DNA of 27,136 nucleotides from a bacterium (GTDB lineage: Bacteria > Hydrothermota > 32-111): positions 1 through 27,136 of the forward strand of contig JAWOBN010000049.1 in NCBI GenBank assembly GCA_046484245.1, given 5' to 3'. A program made the translations under genes and the position numbers. The stretch's first letter is position 1. Each line of letters starts with the position of its first letter. The notes under the pieces are model-generated. The model was given only the letters and a program-made list of their open reading frames with translations. It was not told the origin of the DNA and ran no database searches. Shown piece after piece: positions 17,719 to 27,135 of the stretch.

Positions 17719-20700
17719 ATGAAAAAGTTAATTTTATTCACAATACTGATTCTTTCAGTGATTCTTAGTTTCTCAAATACAGTGCATCTCAAGGTAGCGG
17801 AATTTGACCCGCTTATGAATGTACCGGATTTCACTAAAGAAGGTCTTGAGAAAGATGCAGTAAAGGGCGATTACGAGTATTTTCTAGTGCAGTTCAACAG
17901 TAAGATAAACAGTTTTCACAGGAATCAATTGAAATCCATTGGAGCGGAGGTATTTGACTATATACCGGACAATGGATTCATAGTGAAGCTTACTCCCGTG
18001 CAGTTCAATGAACTGAAGGGCAAAGAATTTGTGCGCTTCATGCAGATATGGCAGCCAGCATACAGGATATCGCCCAATCTGATATACAATAAGCAGGAGC
18101 CTATGAAGAATGAGGAAGCTGGAGTCATCAAGCTCACAGTAAATCCCTTCAGAGGAGAAGACCCACTTGAACTGAGATCATCTCTTGAGAGCATTGAAGG
18201 TGTGAAGATACTGAAAGGCAAGAGGATGTTCAGGATAGCAGTACCTGCAGAGAAGACAGAGGATATTGCCAAGGCAATAGCCAACATGCCTATGGTTTAC
18301 TGGGTTGAACGCTCATATCCACAGGAGCTTCACAATGCTTGGTCCAGATGGATAATGGATACATTTGATACACTCAATATGAGTAATGGCAGCGGTGCCT
18401 GGTATGGCCAGTTTTCTCTCTCCAGTGCAGTTGACTCTGCGCGTATGCAGTTATATGCAAATGCTCTCCATGGCCAGGGACAGATAATAGGAGTTGATGA
18501 CACTGGTCTTGACTGGGATAATCTCTACTTCTATGACCCTACGGAGAGTGTTGTATATGATAAAGACGGTAATGATGTATGCGAAGCAACAAATACAAAT
18601 CACAGGAAGGTTGTTGCCTATAATGCTTATGCAGACACATTTGATAATAATGACAGTGGTCACGGCAGCCATACATCAGGCAGTGCAGCTGCTGATTCAC
18701 TGGGCTCTGACTTGCTCAATTCAGGCATACTGCCTTCAGGCAATGGCATGGCGGGACTAGCGAAACTGGCATTTACAGACCTTGAACCCTCAGGCGGTGG
18801 ACTGGATCTCCCGGCAGATATAGGTGACTTGTACAGATGGGCATATTCAGCAGGAGCTAAGATCACGACATCATCATGGGGTTACAGTGCAGGCGGACCA
18901 GGCAATTACACTCAGGATGCCCAGAATGTTGACTGGGTGGGATGGAATAACAAAGATCTCTGTATGTTCCGCTCAGCAGGCAATTCCAATACAGGCGGTA
19001 TGTTCTCGTCAGCTGATTCAGTCAACAGTCCGGCAACAGCAAAGAATATTGTAACTGTAGGTGCAACTGAATCGGGTTTCGGAGATGGAACATCATGGAA
19101 TACAGTTGGTGTAACGAGCAGAAATGAACTCCTTGATGTAGCTGAATTCTCTTCACACGGTCCTACTGCAGAAGAACAGATGAAACCTGAGCTCTGCGGA
19201 GTAGGGGGCTGGTATATATGGTCAGTGGATTCAGATGGTGATCTGACATCAAATAATGCAGGTCTTACATATATGGGCGGCACATCCATGTCAACTCCCA
19301 CAACAGCAGGATTTGGAGCCATAGTCCGGCAGTATTATGAAGAGGGTTGGTATCCATCAGGAACAAAGATTTCCGGTGACGCTTTTGCGCCCTCAGGAGC
19401 ACTTGTCAAGGCCACACTTATTAATTCAACAAGAAACAGCCCGGGAGCTTATTCAATAGATGACATAAATAATTCAGGCACTCAGAATGCCCCATCAATG
19501 GGACAGGGCTGGGGCAGAGTGACAATGGCTGACGTTATATACTTTGACGGTGAAACAAGAGATCTGTGGCTTACAGATGAGACAACAGGATTCTCTTCAG
19601 CAGGTGAGAGCCATACATATACAATAAACACAGGCCCGTCAACCGCAGAGTATATAAAGGTTGTGCTTGTATGGACTGATTATCCTGCAGGTGTTTCCCC
19701 TTCAACAGTAGTGGTCAATGACCTTGACCTTGAGGTGGATGCAAATTCAAGCACGTATTTAGGCAATGTATTCGGCACGAGTGCCCGTTCAGTAACAGGC
19801 GGCAGTGCAGATACAAAGAATGTGCAGGAAGTTGTGTGGCTTGACGCAGTACCCAATTCATCAATAACAATAAGGGTCAATGCAAGCAATATACCCAATG
19901 GTCCGCAGCCTTACGCACTAGTTGCAACAGGCGATTTCCAGACAGCATCCACTATTAAGTATGAGTCAAGCACTGTGCTTGACAGCCCGACACCTGTACT
20001 TACAGACGGAGCCCTCAACAATGGTGAGATTACGGACATTGATGTTACTGTCAAGAATTACACAGGTGCTCAGCAGAATACAGTAACAGGAGAATTGCAG
20101 ACATCTTCAAGTTATGTAACAATAACTGATAATGCAGCCAGTTTCGGCAATATGGCTGACGCTGCAACAGCAACAGGCACATTCACAGTGGATGTTGCAG
20201 ATAATACCCCTGACGGTCAAGTGATAGACTTTGACCTGCTTGTTACATATAACGGTATAACAGATACTTCCAATTTCTCACTTACAGTATCAGGCGTGAG
20301 CTACGTATCTGCTAGTGCTGATTCTGTTGTATTTGATTATCCCAAGAAATCAATCAAGATGCTTTCACCTGACGCAAAGGATATTATTTCATACGATACT
20401 TTACAGTATGACAATTACCCGACTGAGGATGTCCAGTCACAGAGCAGTGATTACTGGGGTGTCTATTTCAATCCCGCAGCCTCATGCTCACTGAAAACAG
20501 TTGAATGGGGAAGAAACAATGGCTCAAACGGAGCAATGACTGACACTATATTTATAGCACAGGATAATGCCGGTGCTCCAGGAACAATAATTGACACATT
20601 CACATACGGAGTGCCTTCAGGCAATAATGGTCTTGTTTCACTTAATATGGACGGGCCCCAGATTGACGGACCTTTCTGGATTCTACTTTATGCCCAGACA

Positions 20701-21654
20701 GGCCGCATTCAAGGTCCTTCAAGACAGGCTTATATGATAGAAGATAATGCAGGAACAGGCAATTCATACACATCCACCTCAGCAACAGGCACATGGGACG
20801 ACTATGCAGGCGGAGATCTTGTGATAAGAGCAGGAGTTGGTTATCTCACAGCACCAACCGATTCAGCAATGCTTTACATAAGCAACAATGACCCCGCATC
20901 TGTAAAGGATATAAACATCACAGATATTCAAATAAAGAACAATGCATCATGGCTCAATGTCAGCCCGACATCAGGCAGTATTGCCCAAAATGACTCCATA
21001 GGCATCAATATTTATATTGATACTGTTGGACTTCTCAATCAAAGATATGAGGATACACTGCTTGTTTATACAGATGCTGATTTTGAGAAAGCTGTAACTT
21101 TAGAAATTCCTGTAATTATCTCAGGTGATTACATGACAGACATACAGTCAGTCAATCTGTCAGTCAAACAAGACGGCAGTGACGCGCTTATTACATGGAA
21201 AGCAGGCAAAACCGGCAGTTATGTTGTTTCAAGATCAAATACAGAAGGCAGCAGGAATATCATAGCCAATATCAATGCAGGTGAGGGTCTGAATAAATAC
21301 AGGGACAAATCACCATCGGAGATGAATTACTATTCTGTAGGACGCATTGAAGGCAACAGCATTGTCTGGTCCAATGCATCACTATTATACATGAAGCCTA
21401 TGATTGACAGACTGTCAGTCAAAAATACAATCGGCTCAGTACTCCCTGATGTATATTTCCAGACATCAGACAGCAAGGAAGTGCGTCTCACACTGCTTGA
21501 TATAACAGGCAGACAGGTTATGACATTGTTCAATGGCTTTGCCGAGGGCAACAACAGGTTGAATATTCGTGAGAATATTCCCTCAGGCATATACTACATA
21601 CGCATGACAACCCCTGAAAAGAACTTCTCAAAGCGCATTACAATAGTCAGATAA
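17719..21654 (+). CDS. Secreted S8 subtilase (KP-43-like) with beta-rich accessory domains and a T9SS-like C-terminal sorting domain
   Basis: Signal peptide and propeptide; triad DDTGLD / HGSHTSG / GTSMSTP; SAGN, PATAKN, QGWGR, LVWTD and NDLDL; C-terminal LDITGRQV...PSGIYYIRM...KRITIVR. Confidence 0.92.
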   Translation: MKKLILFTILILSVILSFSNTVHLKVAEFDPLMNVPDFTKEGLEKDAVKGDYEYFLVQFNSKINSFHRNQLKSIGAEVFDYIPDNGFIVKLTPVQFNELKGKEFVRFMQIWQPAYRISPNLIYNKQEPMKNEEAGVIKLTVNPFRGEDPLELRSSLESIEGVKILKGKRMFRIAVPAEKTEDIAKAIANMPMVYWVERSYPQELHNAWSRWIMDTFDTLNMSNGSGAWYGQFSLSSAVDSARMQLYANALHGQGQIIGVDDTGLDWDNLYFYDPTESVVYDKDGNDVCEATNTNHRKVVAYNAYADTFDNNDSGHGSHTSGSAAADSLGSDLLNSGILPSGNGMAGLAKLAFTDLEPSGGGLDLPADIGDLYRWAYSAGAKITTSSWGYSAGGPGNYTQDAQNVDWVGWNNKDLCMFRSAGNSNTGGMFSSADSVNSPATAKNIVTVGATESGFGDGTSWNTVGVTSRNELLDVAEFSSHGPTAEEQMKPELCGVGGWYIWSVDSDGDLTSNNAGLTYMGGTSMSTPTTAGFGAIVRQYYEEGWYPSGTKISGDAFAPSGALVKATLINSTRNSPGAYSIDDINNSGTQNAPSMGQGWGRVTMADVIYFDGETRDLWLTDETTGFSSAGESHTYTINTGPSTAEYIKVVLVWTDYPAGVSPSTVVVNDLDLEVDANSSTYLGNVFGTSARSVTGGSADTKNVQEVVWLDAVPNSSITIRVNASNIPNGPQPYALVATGDFQTASTIKYESSTVLDSPTPVLTDGALNNGEITDIDVTVKNYTGAQQNTVTGELQTSSSYVTITDNAASFGNMADAATATGTFTVDVADNTPDGQVIDFDLLVTYNGITDTSNFSLTVSGVSYVSASADSVVFDYPKKSIKMLSPDAKDIISYDTLQYDNYPTEDVQSQSSDYWGVYFNPAASCSLKTVEWGRNNGSNGAMTDTIFIAQDNAGAPGTIIDTFTYGVPSGNNGLVSLNMDGPQIDGPFWILLYAQTGRIQGPSRQAYMIEDNAGTGNSYTSTSATGTWDDYAGGDLVIRAGVGYLTAPTDSAMLYISNNDPASVKDINITDIQIKNNASWLNVSPTSGSIAQNDSIGINIYIDTVGLLNQRYEDTLLVYTDADFEKAVTLEIPVIISGDYMTDIQSVNLSVKQDGSDALITWKAGKTGSYVVSRSNTEGSRNIIANINAGEGLNKYRDKSPSEMNYYSVGRIEGNSIVWSNASLLYMKPMIDRLSVKNTIGSVLPDVYFQTSDSKEVRLTLLDITGRQVMTLFNGFAEGNNRLNIRENIPSGIYYIRMTTPEKNFSKRITIVR

Positions 21655-21662
21655 TATATAAT

Positions 21663-21690
21663 AAACAGGGAGCCTGCAGGCTCCCTGTTT
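21663..21690. terminator. Perfect 28-bp palindrome, probable bidirectional terminator
   Basis: AAACAGGGAGCCTG|CAGGCTCCCTGTTT, starting 9 nt after the protease stop. Confidence 0.8.
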
Positions 21691-21821
21691 CCACTCTTAT
21701 TATAAATTCCGCATTCATATCATTCCTTATTGTAGTTTTATTCTTGCAAATATGATTGTATATCATGCCAATCACTCCATTATATTGACTGTTATTACAA
21801 TGAATAAAGTAATCTTCTGAA

Positions 21822-23214
21822 AGTAGTGTAAAATAGTTTCTGTAAAATGTATGGTCTTGAAAAAGAGGCGGGTCATTGATAACCTAACTAAATAAATAAA
21901 TTAAAAAAGGAGGTTAACATGACCCGCAGAAAAGATTATAACACAGAAATAGGAATAAGTGAAGTGGAAGGATTATTCAATGACAACTCAGACATGTTAA
22001 GACAGATGCTGCAGAATATGATACAGGCAATACTTGAAGAAGAGATTGTGGAGTATTTACATGCAGGCAAATACGAGAGGACAGAAGATAGGAGAGGTCA
22101 GAGGAACGGCTATAAACCGCGAACAATAAATACAAGGGTAGGCCCGCTGGAATTACAGAAGCCGCAATCCAGAGACAGCGGATTTGACACAAAACTGTTT
22201 GAGAGATATCAGAGGAGCGAGAAAGCCCTGAGACTGGCACTTATAGAATCCTATATACAAGGCGTAAGCACCCGTAAAACAAAGAGAATAACAGAAGAAT
22301 TGTGCGGAACGGAATTTTCAGCAACGACAATATCCAATTTAACGAAGAAACTGGATACTGAACTGGAGAAGTTCAGGAACAGGGATCTATCGGGAAAAGA
22401 GTACAAATATTTAATGATAGACGCGAGATACGAGAAAGGCAGAAAGAGAAAGAACGGGGCAATAGTAGACAGAGCAGTATTGGTAGTAGCAGGAATAACG
22501 GAGAAAGGCTACAGAGAGATAATAGGAGTGGATGTGGCAAATCTTGAGAGTGAGGGTACCTGGTCAGAGATATTCCGGTCAATGAGAGACAGGGGGCTTC
22601 ACGGAGTTGAGTATATAGTAAGTGATGCGCATAAGGGGATCAAGAAAGCGATACAGAAAGAGTTTACAGGGTGTAAATGGCAGAGATGCAGAGTACATTT
22701 TGTCAGAAACATTCTTAATCAGATCAAGAAGAAAGACACCCATATAATCTTAAAAGCATTGGACTATATATTTGAATCGGATAGAATGGACCAGGCAAGA
22801 AGCAGGAAAGAAAGAGTTGTAGAATATCTTGAGGATATAGACCCGAAGATAGCATCCAAGATAGATGAAGAGATAGAGGAGACCTTGACAGTATTGACTC
22901 TGCCTAAACCCCACAGGAAAAGAATGAAGTCAACGAATATGGTAGAAAGATTGAATGAAAGGTTAAAGCAGAGAACAAAAGTAGTTAGGATCTTTCCCAA
23001 TGATGAGAGTTGTCTGAGATTAATAACGGCTTTACTAAAAGAGGTGCATGAAGACTGGATAACGGGCAGAAGATATCTGATAATGGATGTTGAAGATGAA
23101 ATACATGATAATCATGAAGAAAATGAAGATGAAGCATGGCCTTTTGAACTGGAAAAAGTACTGAAGTAAGTGGGTTATACAATGACTAATTTACAGAAAC
23201 TACTTGACACGATC
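21822..23214 (+). mobile_element. IS256-family insertion sequence (~1393 bp)
   Basis: Imperfect 25-bp TIRs (20/25): AGTAGTGTAAAATAGTTTCTGTAAA (21822-21846) and TTTACAGAAACTACTTGACACGATC (23190-23214). No flanking direct repeat is seen. Confidence 0.88.
21919..23169 (+). CDS. IS256-family (Mutator-like) DDE transposase, apparently intact
   Basis: RNGYKPR.I.TRVG, FERYQRSE, YIQGVSTR, MIDARYEK (D), VSDAHKG (D), WQRCRVH and STNMVERLNE (E). Confidence 0.96.
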   Translation: MTRRKDYNTEIGISEVEGLFNDNSDMLRQMLQNMIQAILEEEIVEYLHAGKYERTEDRRGQRNGYKPRTINTRVGPLELQKPQSRDSGFDTKLFERYQRSEKALRLALIESYIQGVSTRKTKRITEELCGTEFSATTISNLTKKLDTELEKFRNRDLSGKEYKYLMIDARYEKGRKRKNGAIVDRAVLVVAGITEKGYREIIGVDVANLESEGTWSEIFRSMRDRGLHGVEYIVSDAHKGIKKAIQKEFTGCKWQRCRVHFVRNILNQIKKKDTHIILKALDYIFESDRMDQARSRKERVVEYLEDIDPKIASKIDEEIEETLTVLTLPKPHRKRMKSTNMVERLNERLKQRTKVVRIFPNDESCLRLITALLKEVHEDWITGRRYLIMDVEDEIHDNHEENEDEAWPFELEKVLK

Positions 23215-23461
23215 AGTTGCATCTCAATTAATTCTGCTGCTCTGTCCATATTATAGTCAATGAAGAAGTTGAAAATATCTTTCTTGTATAAATTATAGAC
23301 CAATCCCCCTATGAATCTATGAAATTCCTCATCTTCAAAAGGGACTCATCATTATGCCAGATTTCATAAAGGTCATCATTTTCATGATATTCAATATCTA
23401 TATAAAGGCTAGGATATTCTTTCTTTATTTTATCCATTGCTTCAATCACATTTCTATTCAT
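23215..23461 (-). pseudogene. Frameshifted hypothetical gene cut by IS256
   Basis: GAGGA SD and ATG 23461 give MNRNVIEAMDKIKKEYPSLYIDIEYHENDDLYEIWHNDESL. A frame switch at CCCTTTT (~23337-23343) continues FEDEEFHRFIGGLVYNLYKKDIFNFFIDYNMDRAAELIEMQ up to the IS end. Confidence 0.55.
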
Positions 23462-23472
23462 GCGAACATCCT

Positions 23473-23553
23473 CTATATAAGATTATACTCTTTTCTTTCA
23501 GCATATTCAGCCGTTTTCTTATTTTGTTTTGCTTTTATAGTTAGATTTCCCAT
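23473..23553 (-). pseudogene. 26-aa ORF, possible deletion remnant of a longer gene
   Basis: MGNLTIKAKQNKKTAEYAERKEYNLI*; its stop abuts the SD of the next remnant. Confidence 0.3.
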
Positions 23554-23622
23554 CTATTTTAGATTTCATTTATTCAATAAAATTTGTCAATACCCTCTCC
23601 CATCCCCATCCGGAATTTGTTT

Positions 23623-23648
23623 TAGGGTTCAAATTGTCGAACCACTAC
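23623..23648 (-). repeat. Degenerate GTAG-tagged REP-like palindrome
   Basis: Minus strand GTAG-T-GGTTCGA-CAAT-TTGAACC-CTA. Confidence 0.4.
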
Positions 23649-23674
23649 GATTTTATCATATCGCACGGAATTGA

Positions 23675-23704
23675 CTCGTGTCCCGTGTCTCGCGTCTCGT
23701 GTCT
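23675..23704. repeat. Heptamer tandem repeat (4 copies, consensus CTCGTGT)
   Basis: CTCGTGT CCCGTGT CTCGCGT CTCGTGT CT, just downstream of the addB stop. Confidence 0.85.
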
Positions 23705-23710
23705 TTCTTT

Positions 23711-26407
23711 TCATCCCCACTCCTTCCTCTCAATATATTCAAACGGAATGTCTTTATTTATAATCTCACTTATGATTTCTTCTATTATACTTTTGAATTT
23801 ACTATGTATGTCTTCATTATAATAGATGGGGTTATCCTCTTTATCCTTAAGATAATATATTGTATTGGGTTGCCTCAGCGAGTATATGCCGAGATTAACG
23901 TCATAATCCCTGTAGTTCAGTTTATTTTCGTCATCTGTGCTGTCATGTTCATATGCAATATATCCGTAGAAAAGTAGTTGAACTATCTTGTCATAATTAT
24001 TTCCTTCTTTCCAAGCGTCTAAATTAATTAACTCCTCTTTATTTCTGATAATCAGATCCGTGTCCTTAACAGTTCCTGATTTATAGTCCATAATCCGCAG
24101 TGTATTGGCCTCTTTCTCAACCTCAATTCTGTCAAAAATACCAAACAATGTCATCTCGCTGCCATTTACATTGATAGGTGCATTCATTCCAACTTCCATA
24201 TCCTTCAGTATTACTTTCTGATGAATTCTACTGATGTCTTGCTTGATGAAATCATGAAGCATCTTAACAACTGCCTTTTTCATTATATAGGGTTTGCCCT
24301 TACCTGTGTTAACTTTATCACCAAACCCCTCTACTGCAAGAGAATCAAGATAATCTTCATCCATGTTGATAAGTGATTTATCAAATGCTTTGCCTTTCTG
24401 GGGACTATACAGTTTTCTAAGAACCTCATGGGCTGCTGTTCCGATTTCCATGACACCCACTTCATCAATTTCACTCTCATCCCTTATACCAATAACATAT
24501 TTCATGAAATAATCCACGGGATTTCTTATATATGTTGCTATTCCGGAGTACGAGAAACTTTTCTTCTTGATTATTTTAATCATCTCATCCGTTTTTTCTA
24601 TTTTATCAATACCTTTGGGATTACCTGCATTGGTCATGTCCGGAATCGGTGTGAAATTTTCTTCACTGAATATGCCATTGGGCCTGTTTTCCCATTTTAA
24701 CTGTTCTATAAACCTGCCTGCTTCTGTATAGTTCTCATCCCCGGATTTTGCATAAGTAACTATTGATTCCCTCGTATCTAACAGCAATGTATAAAAATAG
24801 TAAGAGAACAATTTATCATTATCCCTGTATGTAGGCAGATTCCAGTCAGGATGAGTACGAACATCAAAAGGTATGAATGAATTTGCTCTTTTCCCTTTGG
24901 GGATAATCCCTTCATTAACAGACATGATAACCGTCTTCTCAAAATCCAAGCATCTAGTCTCCAGCATACCCATAATCTGAAAATCTTGCAGGGGATCGCC
25001 TGAAAAAGGCACATTCACTTCTGAAAGTACATTTGTTACAAGTGAATCGAGTTTCCCCGGTTTATTGCTGCTGAGTATATTCTTTTCACAAGAAAATAGT
25101 GTAATCAATCTGTTGAACACATTTACCATTTTTATAATGATACTCTCTTTCAATTCATCTCTTTCATCATCCTCTCCGGAGGACTGGAATATCTTTACCA
25201 GATATTGAAGTATCTCAACCGGCTCTTTCATTTCACCTGATGAATCATACCAATTAAATATATATGCCCAATTATCACTATCATGAAAATCATCAAACAA
25301 TTTATCCGGAGTGACATACATCTCCTGAATACTTGCCAATCGTCCTCTGACAGCATATTTCTTTCCGCCCAGTGCTCTATTGGCATATTTGTTCTCAAGA
25401 AGATTAAGGATATCCTTCCTGTTGAAACCATTCGCATTTTTATTCACATGAAGCTGCATTATTGATTTATAGAACATAAATGCGGGCGTCATCTGGATAG
25501 GATAACCCATTGTGATATTTATTTTCTCCACATAGTCCGGTATACCATTGACAGCAGGCAGCATTAATGATTCATCGCAAAGAACCACAGAGCCCTTTCC
25601 TTCCTCAAATTCATCAGCAAGTATCTTTATCTGATCGGTGGGAAGCGAGTACTCATGAATTCTGACACTCTCATTCCGGCTGCAGTCTATTGACTGCGCA
25701 TAATCTGGCCATTTCTTTAAATGCTTGTTGATAAAATATGCTGCTTCATGATTATTATCAAGCAGCAGATCGGGTATATTGAAGAGCAGGTCAACATCGG
25801 TCTTTTTAATTAACGCGTCAATAATCTGTTTTTCAACAGGTGTCAGTATATTAAATCCGGCGAATATAATATTCTGCGGTAATTCACTGTTTTCAATGCT
25901 GCTTAATGCCTCCTTGTAAATCATTCCCCTGTAGCCTGTTCCTTTACTCTTGAGAATATCATTCAATTCAACATATATATCCTTGAATATTTCCATTACA
26001 TTGAAATATTTATCGGCAAATCCGCCTTCTCTGTACTCCAGTTCTGCAATTTCTTTTAAATTATCCAGCTGGTCTACACTGACCTCATACATATCAATAT
26101 CATTGAAATCAGTAAGTATTATTGAAAAAATCGGCAGAAAACTGTCAAAATCTCTGCTGTCCTCCGCTTTCTCTGAGTAAATTCTGTATGCATAGAGAGC
26201 AAGATTAAGATGCTCCTCACCGGCCATATTGCTCATTTTGCCCGCAAACTGCTCCATTGTTATGATATCGGGGAGTATCATCGTCTTTCCCGCATTTTTA
26301 AACTCTTCTCTTAGATACACACACGCCCTCTGTGAAGGCAGTATTATCGCTGTGTTCTTTGTATCATACTCCATTGCCTTACTGTAAACCTGACGCAAAA
26401 ACCTCAT
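23711..26407 (-). CDS. addB: AddB/RexB-like inactive helicase plus PD-(D/E)xK nuclease subunit
   Basis: ILPSQRA, FAGFNILT..E, NITMGYP, QIMGMLETRCLDF, SVNEGIIP, FSYSGIATY and GIFDRIE..IMDYKSG; overlaps the addA stop. Confidence 0.85.
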   Translation of the reverse strand: MRFLRQVYSKAMEYDTKNTAIILPSQRACVYLREEFKNAGKTMILPDIITMEQFAGKMSNMAGEEHLNLALYAYRIYSEKAEDSRDFDSFLPIFSIILTDFNDIDMYEVSVDQLDNLKEIAELEYREGGFADKYFNVMEIFKDIYVELNDILKSKGTGYRGMIYKEALSSIENSELPQNIIFAGFNILTPVEKQIIDALIKKTDVDLLFNIPDLLLDNNHEAAYFINKHLKKWPDYAQSIDCSRNESVRIHEYSLPTDQIKILADEFEEGKGSVVLCDESLMLPAVNGIPDYVEKINITMGYPIQMTPAFMFYKSIMQLHVNKNANGFNRKDILNLLENKYANRALGGKKYAVRGRLASIQEMYVTPDKLFDDFHDSDNWAYIFNWYDSSGEMKEPVEILQYLVKIFQSSGEDDERDELKESIIIKMVNVFNRLITLFSCEKNILSSNKPGKLDSLVTNVLSEVNVPFSGDPLQDFQIMGMLETRCLDFEKTVIMSVNEGIIPKGKRANSFIPFDVRTHPDWNLPTYRDNDKLFSYYFYTLLLDTRESIVTYAKSGDENYTEAGRFIEQLKWENRPNGIFSEENFTPIPDMTNAGNPKGIDKIEKTDEMIKIIKKKSFSYSGIATYIRNPVDYFMKYVIGIRDESEIDEVGVMEIGTAAHEVLRKLYSPQKGKAFDKSLINMDEDYLDSLAVEGFGDKVNTGKGKPYIMKKAVVKMLHDFIKQDISRIHQKVILKDMEVGMNAPINVNGSEMTLFGIFDRIEVEKEANTLRIMDYKSGTVKDTDLIIRNKEELINLDAWKEGNNYDKIVQLLFYGYIAYEHDSTDDENKLNYRDYDVNLGIYSLRQPNTIYYLKDKEDNPIYYNEDIHSKFKSIIEEIISEIINKDIPFEYIERKEWG

Positions 26408-27135
26408 GCTTTCACCTCCTGCAGTTTCTTGTCAGTTGTATAGGCAATAAATCCCCTCGCGTCATAGCCCATGTCCCCATAGGCATCCATGTACTCTCTT
26501 ACCTGCTTCTCATACTCATCCTTATGCGCGCCTGTCTTATAATCAAAGATAAGCACTTCATTATCCTTAATCATAACCCTGTCCGGCCTCTTTATCTCAC
26601 TTTTAAACAATATATTTCTCTCATTGAGTATTTCATAATTCTTATCAAACATTATTTGAAATTCTTCACTACTTACAATATCATTCAATTTGCTTATGTA
26701 CCCATCAGTTTCTTCAGAAGTGATTGCGCCTTCCCTTATCAGCATAGATACGGCTTCTTCCACATCTTCTTGTGATTCAATTTCCGAAAATACCTGATGT
26801 ATTATTTTACCTTCAACAATTTGCTGGCTCTCCCTGCTCTTTTCAATAATATATCTCATCTTCCTCTCAATGAACATATGTTCCTTGTGACTGACAACAG
26901 TGAGTTTCTGTTTGCCTTTTATTTCCCCGGGTTTTTCAATAGCACCTGCTTCCGCTTTTTCCCCTGCGGAGCATATTTCAATCATATAATCGTTATCATT
27001 CATGTGATTAATTCCATTTTCTTCTTTTATATGCTCAAATGCACGCGTCAAAACCCTCTCTACAGAATAATATCCATCATTTATCTCACCCTTTTTGGAT
27101 TTCCTGCTGCGCGAAAACACATAGAGTTCCTTTTT
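26404..27135 (-). CDS. addA: AddA/RexA-like helicase-nuclease, C-terminal part (5' end outside window)
   Basis: The frame is open to the window edge (KKELYVF, end of UvrD motif VI); GKIIHQVF, NERNIL, RPDRV..IFDYKTG and QVREY nuclease motifs. Confidence 0.85.
   Translation of the reverse strand, partial: KKELYVFSRSRKSKKGEINDGYYSVERVLTRAFEHIKEENGINHMNDNDYMIEICSAGEKAEAGAIEKPGEIKGKQKLTVVSHKEHMFIERKMRYIIEKSRESQQIVEGKIIHQVFSEIESQEDVEEAVSMLIREGAITSEETDGYISKLNDIVSSEEFQIMFDKNYEILNERNILFKSEIKRPDRVMIKDNEVLIFDYKTGAHKDEYEKQVREYMDAYGDMGYDARGFIAYTTDKKLQEVKA

Noticed and set aside
21744..21771. Minus-strand TTGGCATG...TTTGCAA resembling a sigma54 site
   Set aside because: GG-to-GC spacing is about 20 nt rather than the required 10.
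23204..23234. Outward TTGACA in the IS256 right end as a hybrid promoter
   Set aside because: No convincing -10 at 16-18 nt, and it would point antisense to gene remnants.
23354..23977. Plus-strand F/I-rich ORFs 23354-23674, 23634-23822 and 23678-23977
   Set aside because: They look like antisense read-outs of A-rich minus-strand coding or remnant sequence; no recognisable motifs.
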